A DNA stretch of 64,000 bases from an uncultured candidate division Zixibacteria bacterium (GTDB lineage Bacteria; Zixibacteria; MSB-5A5; UBA10806; 4484-95). The stretch covers positions 32,001-96,000 of the forward strand of contig CAXXKA010000008.1 of the NCBI GenBank assembly GCA_963668625.2, given 5' to 3'. Shown here piece by piece: positions 1 through 10,361 of the stretch. Position numbers and translations under genes: made by a program. Positions within the stretch are counted from its first letter, which is position 1. Each line of letters opens with the position of its first letter. Below the pieces are notes generated by a model, which was given only the letters and a program-made list of their open reading frames with translations, was not told the origin of the DNA and ran no database searches.

Positions 1-2040
1 AACCTGGTATGATACGTGCGTCCAATCGATACTTCCAGACCAACCCTGTATCAGGGTGCTATCTATGTAAAATCTCAGCGAATCGTAAGTGGCTTCGGAG
101 GAAACTTTCAGGAAGAATGATATCGAGTCCTGATTGGTAGCGTAATAGTCCAGGGACAAAACAGTATTTTCTTCATCGTCGATATCACCTGAACGGGCAG
201 CGTAAATACCCTCGTACGCCCCGCCCGATTCGATAAACCAGTTGGCATCACCGGATAATTGCCAGTCGTAATTAGAGAAATTGCCAACTTCGTAATTCTC
301 TACCTGCAAGCCTATCCCGACATCGAAAAACAGGCTGTCGGTATAACCACTGTTTTCGGTTATATCCAGACGGAACTCCACCTGATGTCCCGGTGGACAG
401 GAGGCGTTGACATCGAAAACATAATCCGAGTTCGACAGTTCTACACCACCCAGCGCGGCGATAGTCGGGAATGTCGAGCTATTCTGGGTAAGCGTTATAT
501 AGCTATCGGAGGTTGAAAGCACGGCCTCTACACCAACGGCTTCTCCACCGCCGACATTTGTAAGCGAAATTCCCATCGAAACGTTATCGCCGGCATCGAT
601 ATTACCCGCATTCTGGCCGGCAAATTCTATCAACGGATCAGTCGATAACGGTTGCATTTGAACATCCAAATTGGTCGTTCCCCTGCTGGTGACTACTACA
701 TTATCAATAGTCTGAGTCACGTAGCCATTAGCAATGAAACGAAAACTATATGTTCCGGGATAAATCATCCTGTAATAATCGCCATGATCGGGATCGGAAT
801 ACACCTCGGAACTGTCCTGGTCGTGACCGACCACCGAAATGATAGCATCCACAGGAACGCCTGTCTGGTAGTTGGTGATCACGCCTCGGACGCCATAGTA
901 ACATTGTTCGAGATAGGTAAGTAAAGCGCCTTTATTGTAATCCCAATGATCCTCGAGCTCGTTTTCGGGGACGGTCTTAGTGCTGGACAACTCGATCGTT
1001 ACCTCGCGGCAACCGTACCAATAGTTCAGACAATCCTGCCTGCCTCCGGTTATGGTATACCAGGCATAGCCGTTGGTGATACCATTATTCAAATCGGTCA
1101 TATAACCGGATGGGCTGTTAGCCTGAGCCGAATCGGCATATTCGCGGCTTACCGAAACCCACCAATCGTCATCGGCAGTGAGATGAGACCAGGTATCCCA
1201 GGGATAGTTTACGACCTCCGCGCCGCCGTGAAAATTAGCGGAAAGCACGAAATTGTGTTCATCGAAGAAATCTAGCATTGCCTGTGTTTCCGGCTGCCAT
1301 GAATTGCCATCGGGATGTTGCCCGTCATCCGGGTCGGGGAAGTTACGGTTCAAATTCACACCATTTGAATTATTGCGTGTCGCGTCCCAGACAGTGTTGT
1401 TACCGCCTGCGTAAGTGCCGTCCGGGTTGGCGTTGGGATTAATCCAGATCTCGCAGTTATTCAGAAGCGCGGTTGCCTGGGGATCGGTGCCGTAATTGGA
1501 AAGCAAATAATCTATAAGGTGAATCATCAATATATAACCGGTTGTCTCGTCACCGTGCATGGTCGAGGAATACATCAGCTCCGGTTCACTTTCCTCGATA
1601 TCAACGTTATCGGAAAGCTTGACAAATAACAACTGACGGCCTTCTACCGAATAACCGATGTTTTCAATATGGCAGAGATTTGGGTAAGTCGATGCGAAAT
1701 CGTACATAACCGTTAAATAACCGGTATAGGTAGGATAATAATCCCAATCGAGTATCAGATCTTTATCATCGGTCATACGCGGCTGGTGAAGAGTACTTGG
1801 CGCCGGCAGGATTTCATAATCGTAGCCCAACGTTTTGAAATAATCGAACTGCTTTTCATTGGCGTAGGCATATACCACGCCATCCTTAACATTATCGATT
1901 GAGACGAGCCTGGTTATTTTTTCAAGCTCCTTTTGAGATGAGTACTCGAACTTAAAATAGTACTCCGTAGTCCTGGCAAACGCCATTGAAGTTAACAGAA
2001 ATACTCCCAAAGTTACCGTCCAGATACACCGTCTAAACAT
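1..2040 (-). CDS. Secreted M14 zinc carboxypeptidase (CPD-like) with carboxypeptidase-regulatory and beta-rich C-terminal domains; partial, runs off the window
   Basis: Translated by hand, not in the ORF track: ATG at 2040 after GGAGG, signal peptide MFRRCIWTVTLGVFLLTSMAFA, motifs MHGDE, NPDG, NRNFPD, ANFHGG, TIELS; frame open to position 1. Confidence 0.9.
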   Translation of the reverse strand, partial: MFRRCIWTVTLGVFLLTSMAFARTTEYYFKFEYSSQKELEKITRLVSIDNVKDGVVYAYANEKQFDYFKTLGYDYEILPAPSTLHQPRMTDDKDLILDWDYYPTYTGYLTVMYDFASTYPNLCHIENIGYSVEGRQLLFVKLSDNVDIEESEPELMYSSTMHGDETTGYILMIHLIDYLLSNYGTDPQATALLNNCEIWINPNANPDGTYAGGNNTVWDATRNNSNGVNLNRNFPDPDDGQHPDGNSWQPETQAMLDFFDEHNFVLSANFHGGAEVVNYPWDTWSHLTADDDWWVSVSREYADSAQANSPSGYMTDLNNGITNGYAWYTITGGRQDCLNYWYGCREVTIELSSTKTVPENELEDHWDYNKGALLTYLEQCYYGVRGVITNYQTGVPVDAIISVVGHDQDSSEVYSDPDHGDYYRMIYPGTYSFRFIANGYVTQTIDNVVVTSRGTTNLDVQMQPLSTDPLIEFAGQNAGNIDAGDNVSMGISLTNVGGGEAVGVEAVLSTSDSYITLTQNSSTFPTIAALGGVELSNSDYVFDVNASCPPGHQVEFRLDITENSGYTDSLFFDVGIGLQVENYEVGNFSNYDWQLSGDANWFIESGGAYEGIYAARSGDIDDEENTVLSLDYYATNQDSISFFLKVSSEATYDSLRFYIDSTLIQGWSGSIDWTHVSYQV

Positions 2041-2207
2041 CTATATCCTCCACCTGCATCTCTATTTGTAACGATTTAAACATACTCTCATCTGAAGATT
2101 TGCATCCTGTTTAATATAACTAACATTGCAATTTCTCCAAGATAATTTGGTTTTAAAGGTTATTACAATATAATAATAGGTCACTTTTGGTAAGATATTT
2201 AATTCTA

Positions 2208-2236
2208 TTGACCTGTAAGCGATTCATTAATAACTT
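2208..2236 (+). promoter_or_regulatory. Candidate sigma70 promoter for the GNAT gene
   Basis: TTGACC-N17-TAACTT, 26 nt upstream of the ATG at 2263. Confidence 0.4.
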
Positions 2237-2262
2237 AGCACAACCGTAAAAATGGAGAAAAC

Positions 2263-2697
2263 ATGGATTATCAAATAAAATTATTAGATATTGAGGATTA
2301 CAAAAGCATTACTCGATTATGGCAAAAATGCGGTCTATCTTTCAGGCCGAGCGGAAGAGATTCTAAAGACTCGATTTCTATTGAGATGAAACGTGCGGAA
2401 ACCGGATTTATCGGGATGTTCGATCACGACAATCTCATCGGTTTAGTACTGGTCACATCTGATGGCAGAAAAGGTTGGATCAACCGTCTGGCAATCGATC
2501 CAAGCTACCAGAAACAGGGTCTGGGCAGCATCTTGATAGTCGAAGGCGAACGTTTCTTGCATCAACTTGGCATCAAGGTAATAGCGGCCTTGATCGAGGG
2601 TGAAAATAAACCATCATTTGCCACTTTCAAAAAAGCCGGCTATGTATTCCACGAGAATATAGTTTATTATTCTAAAAGAAACTCGGTTGAGGATTAG
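2263..2697 (+). CDS. GNAT N-acetyltransferase (YpeA-like)
   Basis: DGRKGWINRLAIDPSYQKQGLG acetyl-CoA motif; RBS GGAG. Confidence 0.85.
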   Translation: MDYQIKLLDIEDYKSITRLWQKCGLSFRPSGRDSKDSISIEMKRAETGFIGMFDHDNLIGLVLVTSDGRKGWINRLAIDPSYQKQGLGSILIVEGERFLHQLGIKVIAALIEGENKPSFATFKKAGYVFHENIVYYSKRNSVED

Positions 2698-5600
2698 ACT
2701 TTAACGGCTTGCGGTTTAGCGGGAGAGTAACCCAAAACATCCCTGACAGCAGAGCCTATTTTGTCCCGCGTAAAGGGTTTTTTTAAAAACGAACCTGCTC
2801 CCAATTTAAGCATCTTGTTTACCCTTTCAGAGGCCGAGTAGCCACTAACAACCAGAGCTTTCTGGGACGGATTAATCTTCAGAATATCAACGAATGTATC
2901 CAGGCCGTCATAGTTCTCCTCCATTATCATATCCAGAATAACCAGATCGACACTATGGTGCGTTAAATATTCGATAGCGGCATGACCGTGCTCGACCGAT
3001 TCGATTTTATAGCCGAATGTCTTTAGCAATTCAACCGTCAACTGCCGCTGTTCCGGGGAATCCTCAACTATCAGAATCGATTCTGAACCCCTCAGGTCCT
3101 GACCATTGTCTTTCTGTATTTCAGCCTCTTTTCCGGTAATCGGGAAATATATCACGAATGTCGTACCCTCGCCAACGGTTGAGATAATATCATAGTAACC
3201 GTGATGGTCTTTGACTATGCCATAAACTACTGCCAGCCCCAGGCCGCTACCGCTGACTCCCAACTTCTTTTTTGAATAATATGGCTCGAAAATTTTCTTC
3301 AAATCTTCGGGAGGTATACCAACTCCCGAATCGCTTACCCTTAAAGCTATATAATCTCCCGGTTCAACATACGATTGACCGCCCAGAAGTTCATCGAGGT
3401 ATATTTTCGAGGTTTCTACAACCAGCCTGCCGCTATTAGGCATGGCATCGAACGCGTTAACTATCAGGTTCATCACAACTTTCGTAAGGTGTGGAGTGGA
3501 GCCGATAATATTCGGTATTTCCTCATCGAGACTTAATTTAACCGTTACCTCCGAATGTAATTCTTTTTTCTGAATATACCCGGGCGATTCGATATATTGC
3601 CTTACCACATCGGATAAGTTAATCGGCGCCATTTCGTATCGTCCCCGCCTGGCCATTGTCAGCAGGTCCTGGATAACATCAGCGGCATCCTGCGAGGCTC
3701 GGTAAATACGTTCGATTCTCTTTCGCATCGGATCATTGCTTTTTAGTTCGCCCAGGATTAAATCAGAATAGCCTACTAACGGACTCAGGGTGTTATTCAA
3801 ATCGTGGGCTATACCGCCGGCAAGAAGTCCTAGTGATTCCATACGCTTGGCTTTTTCCAATTTTTCCTGAAGGAGTTTATTTTGTTGCTCGGCCTGTTTA
3901 CGCTCGGTAATATCCTCATATGTGCCCAAAAGCCCAACGACATTGCCATCTATACCAAGAAGAGGTACCTTATTCGTATTCAGCCAGGCTATACTACCAT
4001 CAGGACGAGACTGCCTTTCGATGATATTATACTTGGGTTTGTTATTATCCATTACGAACAAATCATCTTTTCTGAATATCTCGGCATCCGTGTTTCGCCA
4101 TGGCATATCATAATCACTCTGACCGATAAGCTCCTCGGTTTTACTGTAACCGGCATCCCGGGCAAAATGGCTGTTGCATCCGAGATAAATACTTTGCTTG
4201 TTTTTCCAGAAAATTCTCTGGGGGATATTGTTGAGTACCAACTGGAGCATCTGGCGTGATTCCCTGATCTCGTTTTCAGCCTTCTTGCGTTCGGTAATAT
4301 CTCTTACAATGCCAACCGCATGCCATTTATTTTTAAGTTTTAATGTCGAAAGTGAAAGCTCGACACTAATACTATCACCGTCTTTTCTGATGGCTTCCAA
4401 TTCTAGAGTTTTACCTACAGCCTTGCCGATACCGTCACGTTGAAATAGGGGTAAGGCGTTCCTATAAGCCTGATTATGACTTTCGGAGGCGATCAATTGG
4501 TGAAGTTGCTTGCCTTTCACTTCCTCGCGCGTATATCCGAAAATAGTCTCGGCCATTTCATTCCAAAACGAGATTTTACCATCGGGATTCATCATAATTA
4601 TAGCATCATTAGCGGCTGAGGTGATAGTCCTGAAAGTCTCCTCACTCTCCTTTAGTGCCTCGACTGCCTCTTTAACCTCGGTGATATCGATATGCGTGCC
4701 TACTACACGCAGCGGTTTTCCGGCTGAATCAAAATCTACTACTTTACTACGAGCCAGTATCATTCGCCACGAACCATCCTTGGCTTTCATTCTGAATTCT
4801 ATATTGATGCTGGAATGTCCTTGATGAATCGCTTTATCGGTGCCTTCAATAGCAATCTGTCTGTCATCGGGGTGCACCAGGTTCATCCATGATTCCATAC
4901 TGGGCGGGAACTCTCCCGGTTCATAGCCGAGCATTGTATAATATCGAGGACTGAAATATATATCACCGTTAACCATATTCATATCCCAAAGCCCTTCATT
5001 GGATGCCTCTAAAGCCAACGAAAGCCTTTCTTCGCTTTTCTTGATAGTGTTCTCGGCCTCGATAAAATCCGTTATATCCTTGCCGGCGCCGATTATCTCA
5101 GTAACCCGGCTTTTCTGAGAATTCCAGATAGGCCGTCCCATATGGCGAAGATAACGTATTTTGCCGGCCTTGGTAATTATGCGAAGTTCTAACACATCCT
5201 CTTTATTGCTTAAAAGTCTTTTAACATGGATATTAACCAGCTCAACATCATCGGGATATACCATCGTATTTACGAAACCACCTTTCGAGATGATCTCATC
5301 CGAGGTATATCCGGAAATCAGATGAACCGCGCCGGCAACCCAATCGAGTATAAGATCACCGTTATCATCGACTTTATACATATAAGCGTAATCGGATGTA
5401 ACTTCAGTTACCGCCTTGTAACGCTTTTCCGATTCATATAACGCCCGTTCGGCGGCACGTTGATTGGTTACATCAATCATCAACCCCTGGATACCGACAA
5501 TTTTCTCATCACTATACGCCGGCTTTGCTGATATCCGCAACCAACAAACAGAACTATACCGGGTAACGATACGACATTCGAATACAACCGGTTCCCCGTC

Positions 5601-6905
5601 TAATACTGTCTGCAATCTCTCGTTGAATTCCGGCAAATCTTCCCGATATATGAATTCTTTTACTGGCTTATCGATCATTTCCGGAGGAATATATTCGGCT
5701 ATATATTTGATTGTCGGGCTTATATATTCGATAACACCGTTTGTATCCAGCGCGAAAATAACTTCATTGATATTTTCCACCAAGTCACGGTATCGTTCCT
5801 CAGCCTCCAGCAAAGCATATTCCGCATTTTTTCGTTCACTAATATCCCTGATAAACACCAGGTCGGCCTTTTTGCCATCGAAAGTCGTAACTCCGCCGTT
5901 AATTTCGACACTGACAAGACCGCCGTTTTTATGCATAAGTTCTGATTCGTATACGGGAGGTACATAGCCGCCTGCCATGCGGTTGCTATAGTTATCCTCG
6001 AGCTTGGATAACTCGGATGGGCTAACGACCACTCTAAACTGAACTCCTATCAATTCATCTTGCTCATAGCCAAGCATGAATGCCAATTGAGGATTTACAT
6101 AAGTAAAAACTCTATCCTGGATAATCGCTATTCCATCACCGGCGCGCTCCACTACATGTCTGTATTTTTCTTCACTGGACTTTATTGTTTGTTCATAATT
6201 CACTTCGGCGGTTATATCTTTGGAGACCTCGACAACACCTATTATTTCACCATCATCATCGAATACGGGAAAACCTTTAATAAGAAGATGCTTGCCATCG
6301 CCTGACGCTCTTTTTAACTCGTGGCTCTTACCTGTTTTCAGGCATTTAGCCACCGGACAATTACTACAGGCTTGCTCGCTATCATGCCAGATAGTGTGAC
6401 ACTGACGGCCAATTATTTGATCCGCCGGCAAACCGGAGGATTTTATGACCGATTTATTTGCCCAGATGATTCTTAAGTCCTTATCGTGAAAACTAACATT
6501 CTCGGTAACACTATTCAGAATGAACTCCTTCTCTTTTTCCGATTTCTCTTTTTTGAGAAGCGTTTCCTCGTAATCATCATTCAGGGATGACAACCGTGAT
6601 TCCACCCTCGAAAGATGAGAATAGTACTTACCGATAACCCAGCCGTATAATCCCAATACGAGCGGCGCGAAGTCAATTATCCACATTAATGGCTGCTGTT
6701 GATGAGTTTCAACGAAGCTGACAAGATTTATATCCAGATTGTTCAATACTACCTGTGTCGTGTATGCCACAACGATAAACAAAAATCCGAATAGCACGCC
6801 AAAGATTACATTGCCATGCTTTTTGCTCTGATAAATTATTTTTTTCCCAGTCATTATTCGGCTTGTGATGTTAATTGTAATTAAACCCCGTTTTAAATTC
6901 CCCAC
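2694..6905 (-). CDS. Membrane hybrid histidine kinase: 2 TM, ~7 PAS/PAC, HisKA, HATPase, receiver (start may be ATG 6854)
   Basis: Repeated DITE/DISE PAC ends; H-box AHDLNN, NLIVNAFDAM, DSGVG, GSGLGL; REC LVILDMIM...KPF. Confidence 0.92.
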   Translation of the reverse strand: MGNLKRGLITINITSRIMTGKKIIYQSKKHGNVIFGVLFGFLFIVVAYTTQVVLNNLDINLVSFVETHQQQPLMWIIDFAPLVLGLYGWVIGKYYSHLSRVESRLSSLNDDYEETLLKKEKSEKEKEFILNSVTENVSFHDKDLRIIWANKSVIKSSGLPADQIIGRQCHTIWHDSEQACSNCPVAKCLKTGKSHELKRASGDGKHLLIKGFPVFDDDGEIIGVVEVSKDITAEVNYEQTIKSSEEKYRHVVERAGDGIAIIQDRVFTYVNPQLAFMLGYEQDELIGVQFRVVVSPSELSKLEDNYSNRMAGGYVPPVYESELMHKNGGLVSVEINGGVTTFDGKKADLVFIRDISERKNAEYALLEAEERYRDLVENINEVIFALDTNGVIEYISPTIKYIAEYIPPEMIDKPVKEFIYREDLPEFNERLQTVLDGEPVVFECRIVTRYSSVCWLRISAKPAYSDEKIVGIQGLMIDVTNQRAAERALYESEKRYKAVTEVTSDYAYMYKVDDNGDLILDWVAGAVHLISGYTSDEIISKGGFVNTMVYPDDVELVNIHVKRLLSNKEDVLELRIITKAGKIRYLRHMGRPIWNSQKSRVTEIIGAGKDITDFIEAENTIKKSEERLSLALEASNEGLWDMNMVNGDIYFSPRYYTMLGYEPGEFPPSMESWMNLVHPDDRQIAIEGTDKAIHQGHSSINIEFRMKAKDGSWRMILARSKVVDFDSAGKPLRVVGTHIDITEVKEAVEALKESEETFRTITSAANDAIIMMNPDGKISFWNEMAETIFGYTREEVKGKQLHQLIASESHNQAYRNALPLFQRDGIGKAVGKTLELEAIRKDGDSISVELSLSTLKLKNKWHAVGIVRDITERKKAENEIRESRQMLQLVLNNIPQRIFWKNKQSIYLGCNSHFARDAGYSKTEELIGQSDYDMPWRNTDAEIFRKDDLFVMDNNKPKYNIIERQSRPDGSIAWLNTNKVPLLGIDGNVVGLLGTYEDITERKQAEQQNKLLQEKLEKAKRMESLGLLAGGIAHDLNNTLSPLVGYSDLILGELKSNDPMRKRIERIYRASQDAADVIQDLLTMARRGRYEMAPINLSDVVRQYIESPGYIQKKELHSEVTVKLSLDEEIPNIIGSTPHLTKVVMNLIVNAFDAMPNSGRLVVETSKIYLDELLGGQSYVEPGDYIALRVSDSGVGIPPEDLKKIFEPYYSKKKLGVSGSGLGLAVVYGIVKDHHGYYDIISTVGEGTTFVIYFPITGKEAEIQKDNGQDLRGSESILIVEDSPEQRQLTVELLKTFGYKIESVEHGHAAIEYLTHHSVDLVILDMIMEENYDGLDTFVDILKINPSQKALVVSGYSASERVNKMLKLGAGSFLKKPFTRDKIGSAVRDVLGYSPAKPQAVKV

Positions 6906-7130
6906 ATTCCTGTATCATTCATTGTTTCGGCTAAAACCCAACCGATACTTATTTTATCACCCTGTTATTGCAATAAATCGTTCAAAATTAAAACGAATAT
7001 ATACTATATAGTACGTAATATATTTTATTCTCGATCATGTTCGGTTTAAGCTTGATGATCTGAACATAATAGTATAATATTTCAACGGTAATTTACTCAT
7101 TCGTTAATCTTTAACCTGGTCTGAATTAAA

Positions 7131-10100
7131 ATGCCCGGCTTGAACCTTTTTACCAGCAATAAACTGGAAATTCTCCTAGCCAAGCTCGCTGATCGCTACG
7201 TTTTAATTCATCAAAAGAACGCTCTTATTCCAGAAACGATAATCGTTCAAAGCCTGGGTATGGCCAGGTGGTTATCGCTACGGATGGCCGACAAAATCGG
7301 TATATGCGCTAATTTAAACTATCCCTTTCCCAATACCTTTATCGATAGCGTTTTCGAATCGATAATCCCCGAACACGACAAACAAAGCTATCCGAACACC
7401 GACACGAATATCTGGAAAATTTATAATATCATAAAAGAAAACCGACCCGAAAACGAATTCGGTGCGGTCAGGATGTATTTAGAGGATGACAGCGATGGTT
7501 TGAAAGCTTATCAGCTTTCGACTCACCTGGCCGATCTCTTCGATCAGTATTCCATCTACCGGCCGGAAATGGTTTTAAACTGGGATAGTAATCGCCCCGA
7601 AAACTGGCAGGCGATAATCTGGAGTGAGTTGCTGCGAAATTCCGACTGCGACCATCGCGCCATACTATTCAAAAGATTTTTCGATTCGGTTCGGACTGGC
7701 TCTTTTAATCCCAAGAATTTGCCCGATAGGATTTCGCTATTCGGCGTGTCTTTTCTTCCCCCAATATATATTAACTTCTTCCACGAGCTGTCGAACCTCA
7801 TCGAAATCGATTTCTATGTGCTCAATCCCTGCAGCGAATATTGGTCTGATATATTATCCGAAAAAGAGGCGGCACGTTTCGTTGGCGCTAGCGGGGATAG
7901 TGATATATCCAGAGAGGATTTGCATATTACGGTCGGCAATTCCCTGTTGGCCTCGATGGGCAAACAGGGACGAGATTTCCTGTTCCTGACCGCGGACTTT
8001 CCCATCCAACCTACATTCGAGCAACCGGGTGAGGATACGCTTCTGCATTCGATACAATCGGATATCTTAAACCTGCGCAATCGTGGCTCGGATGACAACG
8101 AGCCCGGAGAGATTTCGGCCGGTGATGATTCCATCCGGATACATGTGTGCCATAGCGAGATGAGAGAGATAGAGGTATTACACGACCAGCTACTAGACCA
8201 TTTGGAGCATGATCGCTCACTGAAGCCGCGCGATATCATCGTAATGGCGCCAGATATCGAAAGATACACGCCGTTTATTCAGGCGGTATTCGGTAATCCG
8301 GAAAACCGGGAGCATCACATACCCTTTACCATCGCCGATAGAGGCGCGAAAGGTGAAAGCGGTGTAATCAAAACGTTCTTCGAAATACTCGATTTGATTG
8401 GTGGCCGTTACGCTTTGTCCGAAATCGTATCGGTACTCGAATCGGAGGCGGTGCATAGTAAGTTCGATTTATCTATTCGCGATATAGAGCTAGTCAGCCG
8501 ATGGTTGACCGAGGTTAAGGTCAGATGGGGCAGGGACGCCGAGCATAAGCGCGATCTGGATCTTCCCCGCTACGAGCAAAACACCTGGCGATTCGGATTG
8601 GACAGGTTGATACTCGGTTATGCTATGACCGGCGAGCGCGAACGTATTTACGAAAATATCATGCCATACGATAATATCGAGGGCGAACAAGCTATCAGGC
8701 TTGGCAAGTTTCTCGATTTCACGGACAAGCTATTCGAATATCTGGAGAAAATTCAAACAGATAAAACACTACCTGAATGGGCCGATTGCCTGGCCTCTTT
8801 ATGCGTCGATATATTCGATTCGAATGACAATACCGAATACGAGATCCAAAACCTCCTCAGGAAAATACGTAAGCTTGCGATGCTATCAGAAAACTCCGGA
8901 TTCAATCGAAAAGTTAGTCACAGGATTATGAAGCAGTATTTAAGCGATCAACTCGGCAAACACAGCTCGGCCTCGGGATTTATCGCCGGCTCGGTTACTT
9001 TCTGCTCCATGCTACCCATGCGAAGCATACCATTCAAAACGATCTGCTTGATCGGCATGAATAACTCGGCATTTCCCCGTCAGGCCAAGCATTACAGTTT
9101 CGATCTAATCGCCAACAAACCTAAACTCGGCGATCGATCGGTCAGGCACACCGATCGTTACCTGTTTTTGGAGGCGATTCTCTCCGCCCGCCAGAGGCTA
9201 TATATAAGCTATACCGGCCAGGGCGTTACCGACAACAATACGATCCCCCCCTCCGTGACAGTCAGCGAGCTACTCGACTATATCAGGGATGGATATAGCC
9301 TGGATGGTAAACCCGCTGATCAACATATCAGGACATATCATAAACTCCAGGCATTCAGTCATGATTATTACGAGCCGAACTCGAAACTGTATAGCTACTC
9401 CAACGAAAATTACCTGGCCGCCAAATCACTACTCGATAGCCGGGTTGACATACCCGAATTTTTCTCAGACCCTCTTCCCGCAGGGGATGATAATGAAAAG
9501 ATTGTTGATTTGGACGGCTTATGTCGATTCTTTGCCAATCCCAGCAAATATATTTTGAACAACAGGCTGGGAATATATCTCGATCAATCGGAGTCCGCCC
9601 TCGAAGATGAGGAGCCTTACGATCTATCTGGCTTGGATAGATTCCATCTCGCTAACGATTTGCTCGAATGCCGTTTAAGAGGTGAGGATATCGAAAAACG
9701 ATTAAGGTTGGCTCGTTGTGATGGCGTATTACCGCATGGCGCGATAGGTGATATCCTGCTCGGTAAAATTAACGCTGCGACCACTCCAGTTGTCCGGGAG
9801 ATAAAAAAACTTACCGGGGGATCTCCCCTGCCTCCGATTGAAATCGATATCGAATCGGGCGGCTATAAAATTACGGGGATAATCGATAATATCTATAAGC
9901 CGGGTTTGATAAATTACAAGGCCTGGTCTATTTCCGAAAAAGATAGAATAACCGGCTGGCTTAAATTACTGGCTTTGGCTTTAATGAATATTCCCGAATA
10001 TCCGGCGAAAACAATACTGATCGGTTCGGAGGAGACTTTGGTATTGAATAAGCCCGATAATCCCGATCTGATTTTAAGTAAGCTCATTCGCTTATACGAT

Positions 10101-10361
10101 ATCGGCCGGAAACGACCGTTGTATTTCTTCCCGAAAACCTCATTCAAGTACGCCGGCGGTATATTCAAAAGCGGTAAAGTGGAACAGGCAATCAAAAGCG
10201 CGGCCGGTAAGTGGTACGGTTCGGACTACAGCCGAGGCGAGGGCCAGGACCCGTATTACAGCCGATGTTTCAATAGCCTTAATTTCGCCGACAGTGATTT
10301 TCGCGAGACAGCGGAAACCGTATTTATACCGATGCTCGAGGCGACCGAAAAAATATCATGA
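7131..10361 (+). CDS. recC: Exodeoxyribonuclease V gamma subunit
   Basis: SNKLE, IIVQSLGMARWL, LADLFDQYSIYRP, NPCSEYW, PMRSIPF, FLEAILSARQRLYISY. Confidence 0.95.
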   Translation: MPGLNLFTSNKLEILLAKLADRYVLIHQKNALIPETIIVQSLGMARWLSLRMADKIGICANLNYPFPNTFIDSVFESIIPEHDKQSYPNTDTNIWKIYNIIKENRPENEFGAVRMYLEDDSDGLKAYQLSTHLADLFDQYSIYRPEMVLNWDSNRPENWQAIIWSELLRNSDCDHRAILFKRFFDSVRTGSFNPKNLPDRISLFGVSFLPPIYINFFHELSNLIEIDFYVLNPCSEYWSDILSEKEAARFVGASGDSDISREDLHITVGNSLLASMGKQGRDFLFLTADFPIQPTFEQPGEDTLLHSIQSDILNLRNRGSDDNEPGEISAGDDSIRIHVCHSEMREIEVLHDQLLDHLEHDRSLKPRDIIVMAPDIERYTPFIQAVFGNPENREHHIPFTIADRGAKGESGVIKTFFEILDLIGGRYALSEIVSVLESEAVHSKFDLSIRDIELVSRWLTEVKVRWGRDAEHKRDLDLPRYEQNTWRFGLDRLILGYAMTGERERIYENIMPYDNIEGEQAIRLGKFLDFTDKLFEYLEKIQTDKTLPEWADCLASLCVDIFDSNDNTEYEIQNLLRKIRKLAMLSENSGFNRKVSHRIMKQYLSDQLGKHSSASGFIAGSVTFCSMLPMRSIPFKTICLIGMNNSAFPRQAKHYSFDLIANKPKLGDRSVRHTDRYLFLEAILSARQRLYISYTGQGVTDNNTIPPSVTVSELLDYIRDGYSLDGKPADQHIRTYHKLQAFSHDYYEPNSKLYSYSNENYLAAKSLLDSRVDIPEFFSDPLPAGDDNEKIVDLDGLCRFFANPSKYILNNRLGIYLDQSESALEDEEPYDLSGLDRFHLANDLLECRLRGEDIEKRLRLARCDGVLPHGAIGDILLGKINAATTPVVREIKKLTGGSPLPPIEIDIESGGYKITGIIDNIYKPGLINYKAWSISEKDRITGWLKLLALALMNIPEYPAKTILIGSEETLVLNKPDNPDLILSKLIRLYDIGRKRPLYFFPKTSFKYAGGIFKSGKVEQAIKSAAGKWYGSDYSRGEGQDPYYSRCFNSLNFADSDFRETAETVFIPMLEATEKIS

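Noticed and set aside
259-1275. Three plus-strand ORFs (85, 90, 109 aa)
   Set aside because: Antisense to the M14 peptidase and without recognisable motifs
7002-7013. NrdR- or LexA-like box TACTATATAGTA upstream of recC
   Set aside because: Spacing and ends match neither the NrdR consensus nor the LexA boxes I know; kept only as part of the unassigned motif
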